A stretch of 63,652 nucleotides of DNA, counting the filler, from Lenisia limosa (lineage: Eukaryota; Protista; Breviatea): the NCBI GenBank assembly GCA_001655205.1. It is 11 parts of 11 records of this genome, joined end to end, with 100 filler letters (N's around TTAATTAATTAA, not from the genome) between each part and the next. Parts side by side here need not be neighbours in the genome. Positions count along the whole stretch, not along the records: positions 12,393 to 38,963 come from LPNZ01007230.1; 10 more parts are not named here. The stretch is one strand, 5' to 3'. Both the position numbers and the translations under genes were made by a program. Shown piece after piece: positions 15,369 through 27,191 of the stretch; position 1 is the stretch's first letter; every line of letters begins with the position of its first letter. Under the pieces are notes generated by a model that did no database searches, was not told the DNA's origin, and saw nothing but the letters and a program-made list of their open reading frames with translations.

Positions 15369-15438
15369 TGCTCAAATGGCGTGGCAGTGGGGGGTGTCCT
15401 GTTTGCTCAAATGGCGTGGCAGTGGGGGGTGTCCTGTT
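15369..15438. repeat. Tandem duplication, 35-bp unit x2
   Basis: tgctcaaatggcgtggcagtggggggtgtcctgtt. Confidence 0.9.
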
Positions 15439-15789
15439 TTGTTCTTTATTTGCCATTTAGTGCAATGGCTCATCTTATTTTTTTTGAATACTGCTCAAAC
15501 TCTCATGTTATTTTTTGTAACGGGTATTATATATTACTACGTGATATGCAAAGAGATCTTGTGAGGTTTTTTTTCTAATTCCTCATGTCCGCTATTCATA
15601 TGGAGTGAGTTATTCTGGTTAAATCTTCCTTATGAATATGTATTACAACATGTCAGTCAGTTCTTCTAGTATATCCGGAGTGTTATTGTCATCTTTATGT
15701 TTATGGAATTATCGCAAGCCAGTTCTGACCCCCCCTATCCCTCCAATTATCAGCTATAAACACAGCCCATTGAAATAACCGCCATGTAG

Positions 15790-16444
15790 AGTGAAGATGA
15801 CCCTGATGGCTTTGCCTACGAAATCGATTACGTAGTTGGCCGGCCTGAGACCGCAAAAGAAACACCAGATATCAAGGTTAGGTCAAGAGCCAACCGAATC
15901 AGAGAGATTTTGTTTTGTTTTGTGTGAACATTTTCTGAGACAGTATTATTTTCACGTCCCCCCCCCCTAGTAATAACTCCACCCAGATTCACAAGAGTAA
16001 TGTGACTAATGACACACGCTACATTCTTGGAAGTAGAGAAGAGTACGAGGCCGTCTGCGCCGTAATCGGCCAAGAGCCTATGGGTAGGTGAATACTTAAA
16101 ATAAGATACTGAAGGAGGATGTAGGCAAAATTGACGTCTTTAGAAATTGATGAGGATGGAATTGAGCGACTATTGGCGGAGGAAGATCTTGACTCTGACG
16201 TTGAAATGGACGAGCTTGTTGGCGAAGACGATAATATGAACCCGGAGGACCCCTGGGTGGGCCGGATTTCCACTCTTCCTTCATGCGGATTCTGATTGTT
16301 TTTCTAAATTGTCGTCTTATTTGATGTTTTTTTTCTTTTACATCACCCCCCTAAAACATATCCTTCGTTTGATATGTGTAGTATACGGAACGGTCTGAGC
16401 CGAAGTTTAGTAAGAAGCGGCAAAACTTCAAGAATATCTATTAG
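15790..16444 (+). CDS. Hypothetical acidic protein (3' exons)
   Basis: In-phase exons SEDDPDGFAYEIDYVVGRPETAKETPDIK / ILGSREEYEAVCAVIGQEPM / EIDEDGIERLLAEEDLDSDVEMDELVGEDDNMNPEDPW / YTERSEPKFSKKRQNFKNIY*. Start not resolved. Confidence 0.45.
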
Positions 16445-16533
16445 CTGGCTGGCAGCCCCATGGTTTTGTTTCTGTTCTATTCTTCTATTGTTCTGATTTA
16501 ATTGTTTTCAAGTTTTACTTTGGTGATGGAGTA

Positions 16534-16631
16534 AACAACGTCAGGCTCATGCATTGACTGGCGTATAAACAACATCAGGCTCATGCATTGACTGGCGTAA
16601 AAACAACATCAGGCTCATGCATTGACTGGCG
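16534..16631. repeat. Tandem repeat, 34-bp unit x3
   Basis: aacaac(g/a)tcaggctcatgcattgactggcgta(t/a)a, intergenic between convergent genes. Confidence 0.9.
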
Positions 16632-16959
16632 TTTTTTTTTTGTAGCTTTATCTTGGGCTTAATTAGAAAGGTAGCAGGTTGACGAAATATCCCGGAATAA
16701 ACAGAAAAATACATTGAAAAAGTTCTCAAAAACATACTACAACACAACAAAAAAGTTACAAATACATTCAAGCCATGAAAATTTCCCCGATTTCTCCTCC
16801 TGATGTGACGTAGACAATAATATCCTATTGGTTGTGAGTAAACAGTAAACACCTCCAACGTAAAATATCAACATACACATGAATGTGGTAGTAAATTCAT
16901 TTATAGAAACAGATTTATTTATTACGAAATGAGTCAAAATATCACAATCGATCTAATAA

Positions 16960-19900
16960 CTACAGTAAGCCCCCATCCACCTTGTCGTCCTTTCGGTAGA
17001 AGTTCATGCTGCACAAGGGGTGTGACACTCGATACTCTTCCGTCTCAACATTCTGCACTCCTTTTTCACCGTAATTCTCACACGTGATTTGCCCTATGTT
17101 GATTAGCGTTAAAATTCGAACAATGATATTCCTGGAAGACTTATTATCGAAATGCAGTCAAGTTTGGTACCCAAGTGAAGCAATATCTCAATATCTGATA
17201 TTGTTGAGAATCAGTGACTCTCATGAGTTTCAGTTTAAACTTGTAATTCACATAGAATGATATGATATCAGATAACAGTATATTAATGCCCCCCCCCCTC
17301 CGCGCATACCTCGAACAGGATGTGGGCTAGAAAGGAATGAGTAAAGTCCGCGATACTCCCCGAACACTTCAACTGTTTCCTCCCAGGGGATGAATCGCTC
17401 ATGTTCAAGGACCCCCCGTGACCCCAGGCCAGCTGAAATGAGACTGCCTTTTTGAGGCAGAAGAGACGGCGGCGGGAGTGTACCGATGGCAATACCGGTG
17501 CTGGGGGGGGGGATTGAAAATGAGCGGATTAGACTGTCCATACCTTCATCTTTTATCGGTATTAATTCCCTGTGCCTTATAAGGGGTTGCCTACAGTGCT
17601 ATGCTTATGGATGCAACAGAGGTTAAGCTAATGAAAGAATGAGGAACATGAAATACGATGTGAAGAAGCACGAGGACCCCACACACTGTGTTTCATAGGC
17701 AAAATACGAACCATCAGGTGACGACACCGGAGGCGATATCGCATTTCGGTCACTCTGGGGGCATTAGGTGTTTTAAGGAGCATAAATAGGGCGGCTCGAA
17801 AAAGATCGGTAAACTATCGATAGTTTTCGAGGATTTATCGAGAAATTCAGTTTTTTTCGAACCGAAAATGAAGCCCTAAGCACAAAGAAATTGCTTTAAA
17901 GCGGACCCTCTCACAGTAGCTACTTGGGTTAAGTTTCCACAAAGCCGCCCCTCGGTGTAGAAGATGTTGGGTTTCCTGAATGGCTTGTATCCCTGGAGCG
18001 TGAGCCTCCCCAGGAATATTTGAAAATAACATTCTGTCAGATAAGCCACTCAAGAAGAGTACTATTGAGGGTAAGCTGCGGGGGGGGGGGACGCAGCAAG
18101 CTGTGTACACGAAGTTGTCAAATATTTTGTACTATCATCATTTTCTCTTTTAAACGTAATGGAGTAGACAACTTCAGCCAGACACCCCAATTATGTCCAT
18201 ATTAATGCCCCAGAAGCCAACAAATATGAGTCTCCCAGGTCCAGGGCTGAGCCATTCTGACGAAGGCTTCTGGCCCTAAATAATAAGAGATGGCAAGTGC
18301 TGCAGATAGGTTCCAAAACGGGAATTGATCAATTTGTATGTAAATATGCATACTATACATATAGTATGTGAATATGTATTGATATTCTCATAATGCCGCA
18401 GACCGTCCAGGCGTTCTTTTCCAGTCTGAACAAAAGCGATGACGTGGGGGATTTCGCGGAATCTGTTGAAGTAAAATATTGTCTTTTCACTACCGGCCTC
18501 TTATGTGCAAAACCGGACAAGGAAAAATAAATCAGTGAATTATTCCTTTTTAGGGGCTTTTTGAGATCCATAAATTACAAATGACAAGTTAAAACTGATG
18601 AACATATCCGCCTACCAATATGAAGACAAACAACCCCTGCAAGATCAACTGCGGACATAATGTGACTTTCGAGTATTGAAGGTGGAGCTGGCTTGGGGCA
18701 TGGCGATAGGGAGATGAATGAAACGCCTATGGAGTGAATTATCAAATAGTTACGCGTGATAAAATGTCTTAACATAGTATATCATAGTATTATATGATAT
18801 ACTAGGCAAATTTACTTTCCTTTTTTGGAAGTGTAAAAATAAAAATTGCCTGACTCACCAATGTTTTTGACGGACAGCATCAAAAAAGGACTCGGGTTAC
18901 CCTAGAGCGTGAAGTTTGTGGCTAAATGGGATGGGTAACATTTAATCATGTTATATCATAGTATATATAATATATACATTGCCATCTACTACATGTATTA
19001 TACGTTTTGTATAAATAATGACGGCACATGATACATATCATATCATATATGATATATATATGTATGATTGTTGAGATGATCCGCTGTCAACGCCCACCTC
19101 CAGGATGAACGGTCTGCAAAACGCAACATGGAGCACCTTTTTCGCAACGCTAAATATTGAGAAAAGCCGGATAAAATACACCTCATTTCTGAAACTGAAT
19201 GAATACGTAATTCTGAAATTATATGCTCTATCATGCTCATAAAATAAACCCATACATCCCCACTCGATTTGAAGGATAATGCTTTCCTCTGACAACACAT
19301 GAATATAAGAGGTTCCACTCGGCCTTTCTCTGAGTATCGCAACTTTGTTCTCGCACGGCGTCAGAGATATGACATCGTCATCGGAACAGCTAAAATTGTC
19401 AAGGGCAAACCTCATTTCAGTTTGAGATTGGTAAGATGTTTTGATTAATGAGAGTACTTCATTCTGATACGGCATAGATAATATTATGACATTATGGGGT
19501 GAAGCACTAATCAAATAGTGAAAGTAATCAGACAAAAGACCCCGGCTAACTCGTCAACCCATGTGGTTGTTTGGAGTGCTTCCTCTGTCATGTCATACAA
19601 GACGAGATTACTCCCTCGAAGCCCGATCCACTTATTGCTATTGACAAAGGTCACATGCTCAATACAGTCTATAATATTACTCCCTCATCTCTCGGAAAAC
19701 CAACCTGAGACTTTCGCAGAGAACTGGTAAACCTGTTTAGCAAAAACGTTTTTCTGCTGTAGATCCGCTCCTAGTTAATAAAATATAAAAACCAATATAA
19801 TAGTACAGCTTGATAGTGCCATCAGCAGACGCGACCAAACACTGGTGTTCCTGATAATGTCCAAGTGAAAAAGACAGTTCTGAGTTGTTCTTGGTGACAG

Positions 19901-22900
19901 TAATGGTATCGAGGCTTGAATCTTGCATGCTGAAAACTGACATATTGCCATCCATACACCCGATGAAAACTGAGTCTGGATATTGAGCTTGAGCAAGGCA
20001 AAGGGTCGTCATAGTGGAATAATTCTGGAGCATTCGCGTACCATTTAGAAACTCGAGCGTCCTTGGAATTGACGGTAGTGACGCAATGATACGCACCAAC
20101 TCATGTACTGATTCTTGATAGCGGAAAAGGTGTACCGATTTTGAAACCCAAAACCCAATGGAAATGACCCTACAAGATAACAACAAAAGCAGCCACACTG
20201 TTTCTGGGGGTTCACACCAACAGACGAAATCGACTCATCTGTCACCCATCGCAACATCTGATTCAAAGAACTGCCGCGCCACCTCAGTAGCACCACCTCC
20301 TTATCTAAAGCATGACATTCTTCTTTACATCATCTCAATACGGGAACCCAGTCTCACCAGAAGCGATGAGAATCGTATCACCCTGGCAAGAGGAGAACAA
20401 AATTTTGGATTGTGTTGAAAAGAGTTCTTCAGCTGTCTTCACAACCGTTTGTTGGTTCAATAGATAAATCCCATGGTCTTGACAATAACAAGGGAATGCA
20501 GCAAACCAGAAATGACGTATGAATGCTCTTGGAATTTTCCAGTGTTTATAACAGGATGCAAAGGAAGCTCTTGTCTATGGCGTGAAACAAGCTTAAACCT
20601 ACGTTGCCCCAATATTCAAATTGAGTAAGTAAGTGGTTCCATTTGAAAGAAGAGACTGTGAAACGATCACTTCGTTTTCCTGATTAGGCAACAAAAAACA
20701 ACATTTATGGGGTAGACTCGAGAACCGCTAATGGCTTCATATGAATGTCTTTTCACAAGTCCTATCCCGGATGTGTCTACAATGTGACTGGAAACAACCA
20801 ATCTCGCAGTACAGTAAGTGAGCGTGACGGGGTTTTGCGAGGCAGTCACAATGGTCATTTTGTCAGAAGTCTGAAAAACGGTACTATCAATCACATGGTC
20901 TGGGAAATGAGAATAGCCAAACGCAAACCATGGCTATGGAGGAGAACAGGAGCCAATGTTTCTGAGAGGTCCACTTGGTAGTACTTGGTGCCTTGACCAC
21001 CCAGAATAATTATTTTGGAGTCAATTATTGACATTTGCATCAGCTAGGTTAGAGAGTAATGATAAAACCGTTTCTTGACTCGTGATATACTGTATTACCA
21101 CAGTTGAAAACGGAGAGTGACCAAAGGAACAGTCTAAAATGAGGTGAGATTGAAGAAACAACAATCCTCCATCAAAACCGCGCACAGACTATCATGATAA
21201 ATATTATATATGCATATACTGTTTATATTGTGCAACATGGTACATTTTATTGGTGTAAGGTACGAAAAAGCAGTCCAATATTGTGGTGGTTTGCTGATCA
21301 TAGAGCAAACCTGAAGTATACGGGGGTGGAGCCAGCCATTTGAGAGTGTCGGTAGAACAGTCCAGGACATAGCACCGATTTTCAGCCTGATTTCGTGATA
21401 ACAAAAGCCACTTCGATGAGTCGATTATGCGAAAGTCTTGTTTAATAGTTATTATCATCATGTAAAGAAAGGAAATTGACAGTTCTTTCCACAGTCGTTA
21501 CAACTTTCAACATGCCCCCATACAGTGGCGTAGATCGCATGTTCCTTGACGTCTAAAGCGGCTTTGAAGATGAAACAGTTTTCCTTAAGCACATCTCGAG
21601 GCTCTAATTATGACAAGTGAACCAAAGTTGTTAGAAAAATACTTCTGATGAAAAAGAACTGAAACAACTAAATCTCCGATATTTGCCTTCACAGCACCCT
21701 ACCCACCCTTGATATTTTGGTAAGTTGAGAGGTCCCACACTTCAAAGAAGATATGTGGCGATGATGGAGCCGATCTGAGCCATAAACAAAGGTACCCAGC
21801 CTCATAGATGTAAATGCGAATCGCTATTCCCTGCTGTTGACTAGAACCTTCACCAAAATGTATTCTGATCCATTTCACTGTTCTATTCAAAAAAATAAAA
21901 CTATGACAGGATAGACACTTCTTACTATATCAAAACCCCAACCTGGAGGTGCTGACAAGGACAAAGTAAGGTGACCCCATGTCCATGAAGATGTCAGAAT
22001 AGCACGGCACTGGCTGCAATGATGGTGAAGCGCCTCAACCCAAGTATTTATTGACATTTATCATATTCTGTGTTGAAAACTTGTGAAAAGTGTTTTGATG
22101 TATGACAAGAAAAGAGTGAAAGGACTGTGGATAAAAGGATTAAGATGATCAATATATTTCATAATCCTTAATATAAATGCTAACGTTGATAAAGGAACAG
22201 GCCCATGGTTTGGCTGATGATAGGTTCGTTGAATCAGTCCTCTCAATTCCGAGCGGAGATGCGGAGAGCTCGTGGACCACAATCTTGCTGGGAAGGCTGA
22301 CGGACACATAGGCTTTAGTTCCTATCCATTTCGCATACAATAGAGCTGCCTCCACTATCTGAAGTTGTGAAATAAAGGACGTTTCAATGACTAATATTCT
22401 CGAAAATGTATTACTAATTACAAACTGAAAAGCAAAGGTGAAATGAAGACCATCAAAGAAAACAACGCCAAAAATAAAAACACCAAAAAAAGGGGGAAAT
22501 CATCAGACTATGATTTAATGTCTGACTTTGGAAAATTTCCCAATAATATCAATTCTCCCACCTCTTCAGGAGCATTTTCAAAGGAGCATTGGATAGCCAT
22601 GTTCAAAGAAGCCTGGCTTGGAATTGGGTGGAGAAATTCTGAATTGTCACTAATCCCCCGGAGCAATGGCCTTCCTTTGGTTTCAATAACCTAAATTCCT
22701 CTCCTTATTATTTTCTTTTTGGTCACTTAGAATCCCTGAGCATGTCATACTGACCTAATGTGGATTCTTGTTGGACCAGACCCGGCCCATTGGTCAAGGC
22801 ACAGACGTGACACGTGTTGCTGAGGTCAAGGACTACAAGGGCGTGTGGGCCTCTACAGGGGTCAGTCAGAGATACACATCTTCAGGATGCTCATGATAAC

Positions 22901-23341
22901 TAAACCTTTTTGTTTTCGGGGGTTGAATTTATAAGATATGATGATAACATAACACCAAATGCGTAATGAATAAAACAATAATAATAAATCCACCCAACAA
23001 GCGAAGGTGCGGGGGAAGTTTCATAAGCGTCATAGAGACCGGAGTAAACGGAAGGCTCCACGTCCCATAATGATGAAGAACCCTTCCTCTCAGAACAGCC
23101 ACGCAAATTGCTCGTGACTAGGAGGTGAACGATGGGGAAAGACCAAGGAATGAGATGGAAAACGCCTTGAAGCGATTGCGACCCACTGTGAGGAAGGCAA
23201 CACCATGGTCTTCACTGGTGGAGAAGGGTGAATGAGAGAGGATGCATGTTGCCGGCTGCAAGACCTGCGGGGAGAGTTGCATGGCTCCTCAGCAAGATCA
23301 ACTGTAACACATTCAATAGCAGTTCTCAGAACAGAAGTCAC
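16960..23341 (-). CDS. Divergent DDB1/CPSF160/SF3B3-family triple beta-propeller protein (closest to DDB1)
   Basis: Colinear motif matches to recalled DDB1: IVTAS...VDTSGIGL (IIRNGIGI); QMLRWVTDESISSVGVNP...ISIGFWVSKSVHLF...SIPRTLEFL...VFIGCMDGNMSVF (EVACLDITP...AIGLWTDISARIL...IPRSIL...LGDGALFYF); QETQHL (EERQHL); SRGVLEHERF (SVGKIEHSFW). Ends are tentative. Confidence 0.6.
17787..17878. mobile_element. R2 hAT-type MITE
   Basis: Ends TAGGGC...GAAGCCCTA; internal TIR part TCGAAAAAGA/TTTTTTTCGA; flanks AGCATAAA / AGCACAAA (8-bp TSD, 7/8 identical). Confidence 0.8.
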
Positions 23342-23810
23342 GGAATCTTTTCCTTGGCGGGCTTAAATATTTATTTAACTAAAATAACATAAAATAGGAA
23401 GAGAAAGGGGAGGAAGGAAGAGGAAATGGGTAAGGGGTAAAAGGAAGGTAAAGGCAAGGTAAAGGTGACCCAAAATTGAGGATGCTGATATGTAACATTA
23501 GTTACACGAGTTGGAAAATATGTAAATCTTTCCAAAATAGGCAAGCACATCTTTTCAGTCTAATGATGGCGTCTAAAGCTAAAAATACCTTGTATTATTA
23601 TTGTATTATTGTTGTTTTGTTATTATTAGTTATTATTATAGTGGAAATAGCTGTTATTAGTGAAAACTTAATCACCAAGTACTGAATTCCTGCTTTGTTT
23701 TTTTGTGGGTCGTTTCAAAAGATTAATTGTTCAAACTACACACTCGCTTCTGCTATTCTTAAAAAACTCTTTCTAATATGATTTGAAAAGAAACCTGTTA
23801 AACTATTCGA

Positions 23811-26800
23811 ATGTTATCATCTGTCAAAATGGTCAACAGTTTTATTATTCTGCTGGTTCTCTTGGGAGTTTTCAACTTCAGTGAAGCTGACGAAGGCTGC
23901 CAGCATGACTTTTATGTTTGTTTATCTGTCTAATTTTGCAATCAAAATATGCTTCATTTGTTGACGACTTCCCCAAACCCTCCATCTCATTTTCTTCCCC
24001 ATTCAAAAGGGAGGATGAGGCCTCACCTCTAACTGTCGTTTTCGACACTTCGCCTCTTTATCTTGACCCTTACGCCTGCTTTGAAAATGGCCCTCGATTT
24101 GTCCCTGTTGTTATCTTGTTCTAACCAGTTTGATTTTGAGTTCCCAGCCCCAACAGGCCTCCCGGTGTGCAATGAAAACCTCGGCATTGTCACAAGATGG
24201 TTCATTGTTTAACTAACCCAGCTGGGTGGACTGTCAAGATAGCACTAATTTACATTTTACAATTACAGAAAACAGAAGAGAATACCTAGAAACAGAAGTT
24301 TTGCCGCCTTTGAAACGCACAATCAGTCGGCTTCTAAAGTCAGTCAGTCATGGAATTGAACTTAAATATCAATAATGCCATCATCGTAATATAAGCATAG
24401 CCATGTGATATATGATAATTGCACAAAATTCACAAAAATCAAGTAATATTGTTAGTAAAATAACTGTGCTATTCATGAAATTTCAGGAAAACCCTCTGCT
24501 TGTTCTGGGATATCAAGATGTCTACTGATCTCTCATTGTCCGAATTTGTGTTTTGACTTGTTTTGGCTTGAATATGACCCTTCAGTGTACACGCACCTGC
24601 ACTCGGCCGTATCCGTCTTGATCAAGGTTGTCTGTTTTTTCTAACCAGTTGGATGCCCCTGGGTCCCGATCCAACCTGCGCTACCAAGCCAGTTTGTCAC
24701 TCAGGGCATTGAGGGTAATGAAATCGTGATTCGAATCATCTCAAGACCTATATTCGGTTTCTGCCTTTCTTTTACCAGGCAACGTTCTGGCTTTTGCTGT
24801 GACGTGTCAGTTGCAGGTTCAAAACAGACCGGTCCTCGGGTTTCTCAATATGAACGCAGGCAATTTCATACCTGACTCAGATCATGAAAGTCAGTTCATC
24901 AGCAATGTGGGAGGGGAGGGGGGCTTCTTAATAAGGCTTCACTTCGGTGAACAGAACTTATTATCGATCAGACTTCTCGAAATCATCTTTTAGATCTTGA
25001 TACATGAGGTGTTTCATATCTTCGGCTATTCAGCAGCCTACTACTTTCAACGGTCAAACATTAATCTGTCATATTACGTGTCAAGAGACACTGGTAACTA
25101 TCGCCAGAGTTCTGAGGTTGTGCGTGAGCTCTAATTAGGTGATATCCATTATGGGCGATCAAACGTGGTTCATCACCGACACTGTGAAAGAAACTGTTCG
25201 GCAACACTTTAACTGCTTTTCACTTCCAGGGCTTGCAATGGAAAACAATAACGTGGGTGGCGAGGGGTTGCTTCACTATAGTCTGAAAAAGCCAGAGAAT
25301 TTTGATAATTATTGAAAAACGATCGAAAAAACAATCTTTTGTCAGTTCTTTACTAACATCCCAGGTTCCTCCCAGTCATAGTGAGAGTCAAATGCTGTTC
25401 GCTGATGTGGGAATTCCTTCAACTGACGTTGTAGATCATGAACCAATTTGCTTCAATATCCCCTGAAATGCTTGTTACAAACGTGTCCTTGGCCTTGTTG
25501 CATGACACTGGGTAAGAAGTCTGGCATTCCAACCCTTATTTTTCTTTCTAAAAGTTTATTTGATGTCTCCAGAAGGCCATTTTTAGGGTGGAAAGCGATA
25601 TTTTTCTTTAATTATTTGCACAAACAATATCACCATCACATTGTAGGTTTTACGATGCCAATTTTGAGGAGGCTGATGAGTACTTCTTTGGGCGAAACGA
25701 AGGATGCGGCTTCATCAATGGTGTGCTCCTTCAACACTGACCGTTTAGACTGTTCCAATGAGGGCGACTTGTACTTCTGTGATACTGACGCTCTTGGATG
25801 TGCTTATGACGGAACAGGAATCGCACAATGCCGTTCTATCCCTGTTTGTTTTGCTTTGTAACCTTGTCAATTGAAGAATGTTCGATCTGGGTTGGCTTTG
25901 ACAACACTGTTTGTTCAAATGAAAACAACTTCTTTGCCAATGAGTATGCTGGCTATTTGATCCATATTCCAGGCTTTGAACCACTCCAAATATGACAATC
26001 CATAGGAAGGACAACACAGGTGAATCGTTCACCAACACATCGTATTGCTTCACAGGTGCCCTTTCCCAGGTAGGCCCAACTTCATTACTGTCATACCCAC
26101 CCCATAAAGAATGAATCCTATAAATACGCAACTGAGCCCTTCACTAATGAAACAGACAACCACTGCTGAGCAGCGTGGTTACTGTCTCGAGTACAGGTGT
26201 TCAGGTGGAGACAACGTTGAGGTCTTCGTAGGGTCTTGGTAGGCCGCCTTGCGACTGACCTTCAGGCTCCAATGTCCCTTGAGAAGCTCCATCAACATCA
26301 ATGGAGGATTCACCCCGGATAGCTTCATCAACTGCCCAGTTAACATCTACCAAGCCAGGGCCATGTGCAATAGTATGGTACTTCCGCAGTTTAACTTCTT
26401 AGAAATGTCAACCTGCCCCGAGGATCACTACAATTTTGAGGTTCTGCTTATCGAATCTGATTTGTGTAGGGAAATTGTAAACCTTGTTCGATGTGTCTAT
26501 TGAACCAATTCATTGAGGAGGAATGCACTGCATTCACAAACAGGAAGTGCAAAGACTGCATGGATTGTCAACCTAATGAGGTTTGCTGGCCATTTTCACC
26601 CTTATGTTTTAGTTTGAAACAGCAGCATGTACACTGCTGGCAGATACTCAATGCCAAAAATGCACAAACTGCACCAATGTCCTCATCCAGTGCTCTCGAT
26701 TTAGTGATGCTATTTGTGGAGGTAACTTCTAAGTTTTAATGAGCCTCTTGTTTCGACAATTGTGACTACTTGGGCCCTCTTGGGATGGAAAGGTGAGAGT

Positions 26801-27191
26801 GGTTACCTTATTATATTTGCTTGAACAACACCATCTTTTTGGTAGACCATATGTGTCCTTAAACTTGAAGTCTGAAGGGTAGGCTTTAATAACAATTGCA
26901 GGTGCTTCTGTGACGAGCAGTGCCTTATGTTTGGTAGGGGCTTCTAGGAACTGTTTACCCCTTCTCAATGATTTACGATAATCTTCACATCTGAAATTTT
27001 GACTTTATGGTGGTTTTCACCTTGCAGATGACTGCTGTTTTGACTTCGAGGAGGAGTGCATCGAAAAATGCCCACCCGACTACTATTGGTGCGAAGGTAA
27101 GGCAACATTGTGTTTGATTGGTGTAGAAGAAATCAATGGCACAATCAATGGGACGTGCATCCATGTTGATGAAATGTGCGGCACGCAATAA
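23811..27191 (+). CDS. Secreted leishmanolysin/GP63 (peptidase M8) with C-terminal TNFR-like Cys repeats and a somatomedin-B domain
   Basis: Signal peptide MVNSFIILLVLLGVFNFSEA, Cys-switch-like GCQHDF, ILIHEVFHIFGYS (HExxH), PPSHSESQMLFAD-IMN (third His and Met-turn), VSLALLHDTGW. Tail EECTAFTNRKCKDCMDC, ACTLLADTQCQKCTNC...CSRFSDAIC, CFCDEQCLMFGDCCFDFEEEC; stop at 27189-27191. Confidence 0.85.

Noticed and set aside
16534-16631. 34-35-bp repeats (also 11474, 15369) as CRISPR arrays
   Set aside because: Units are head-to-tail without unique spacers, no cas genes are present, and the context is eukaryotic.
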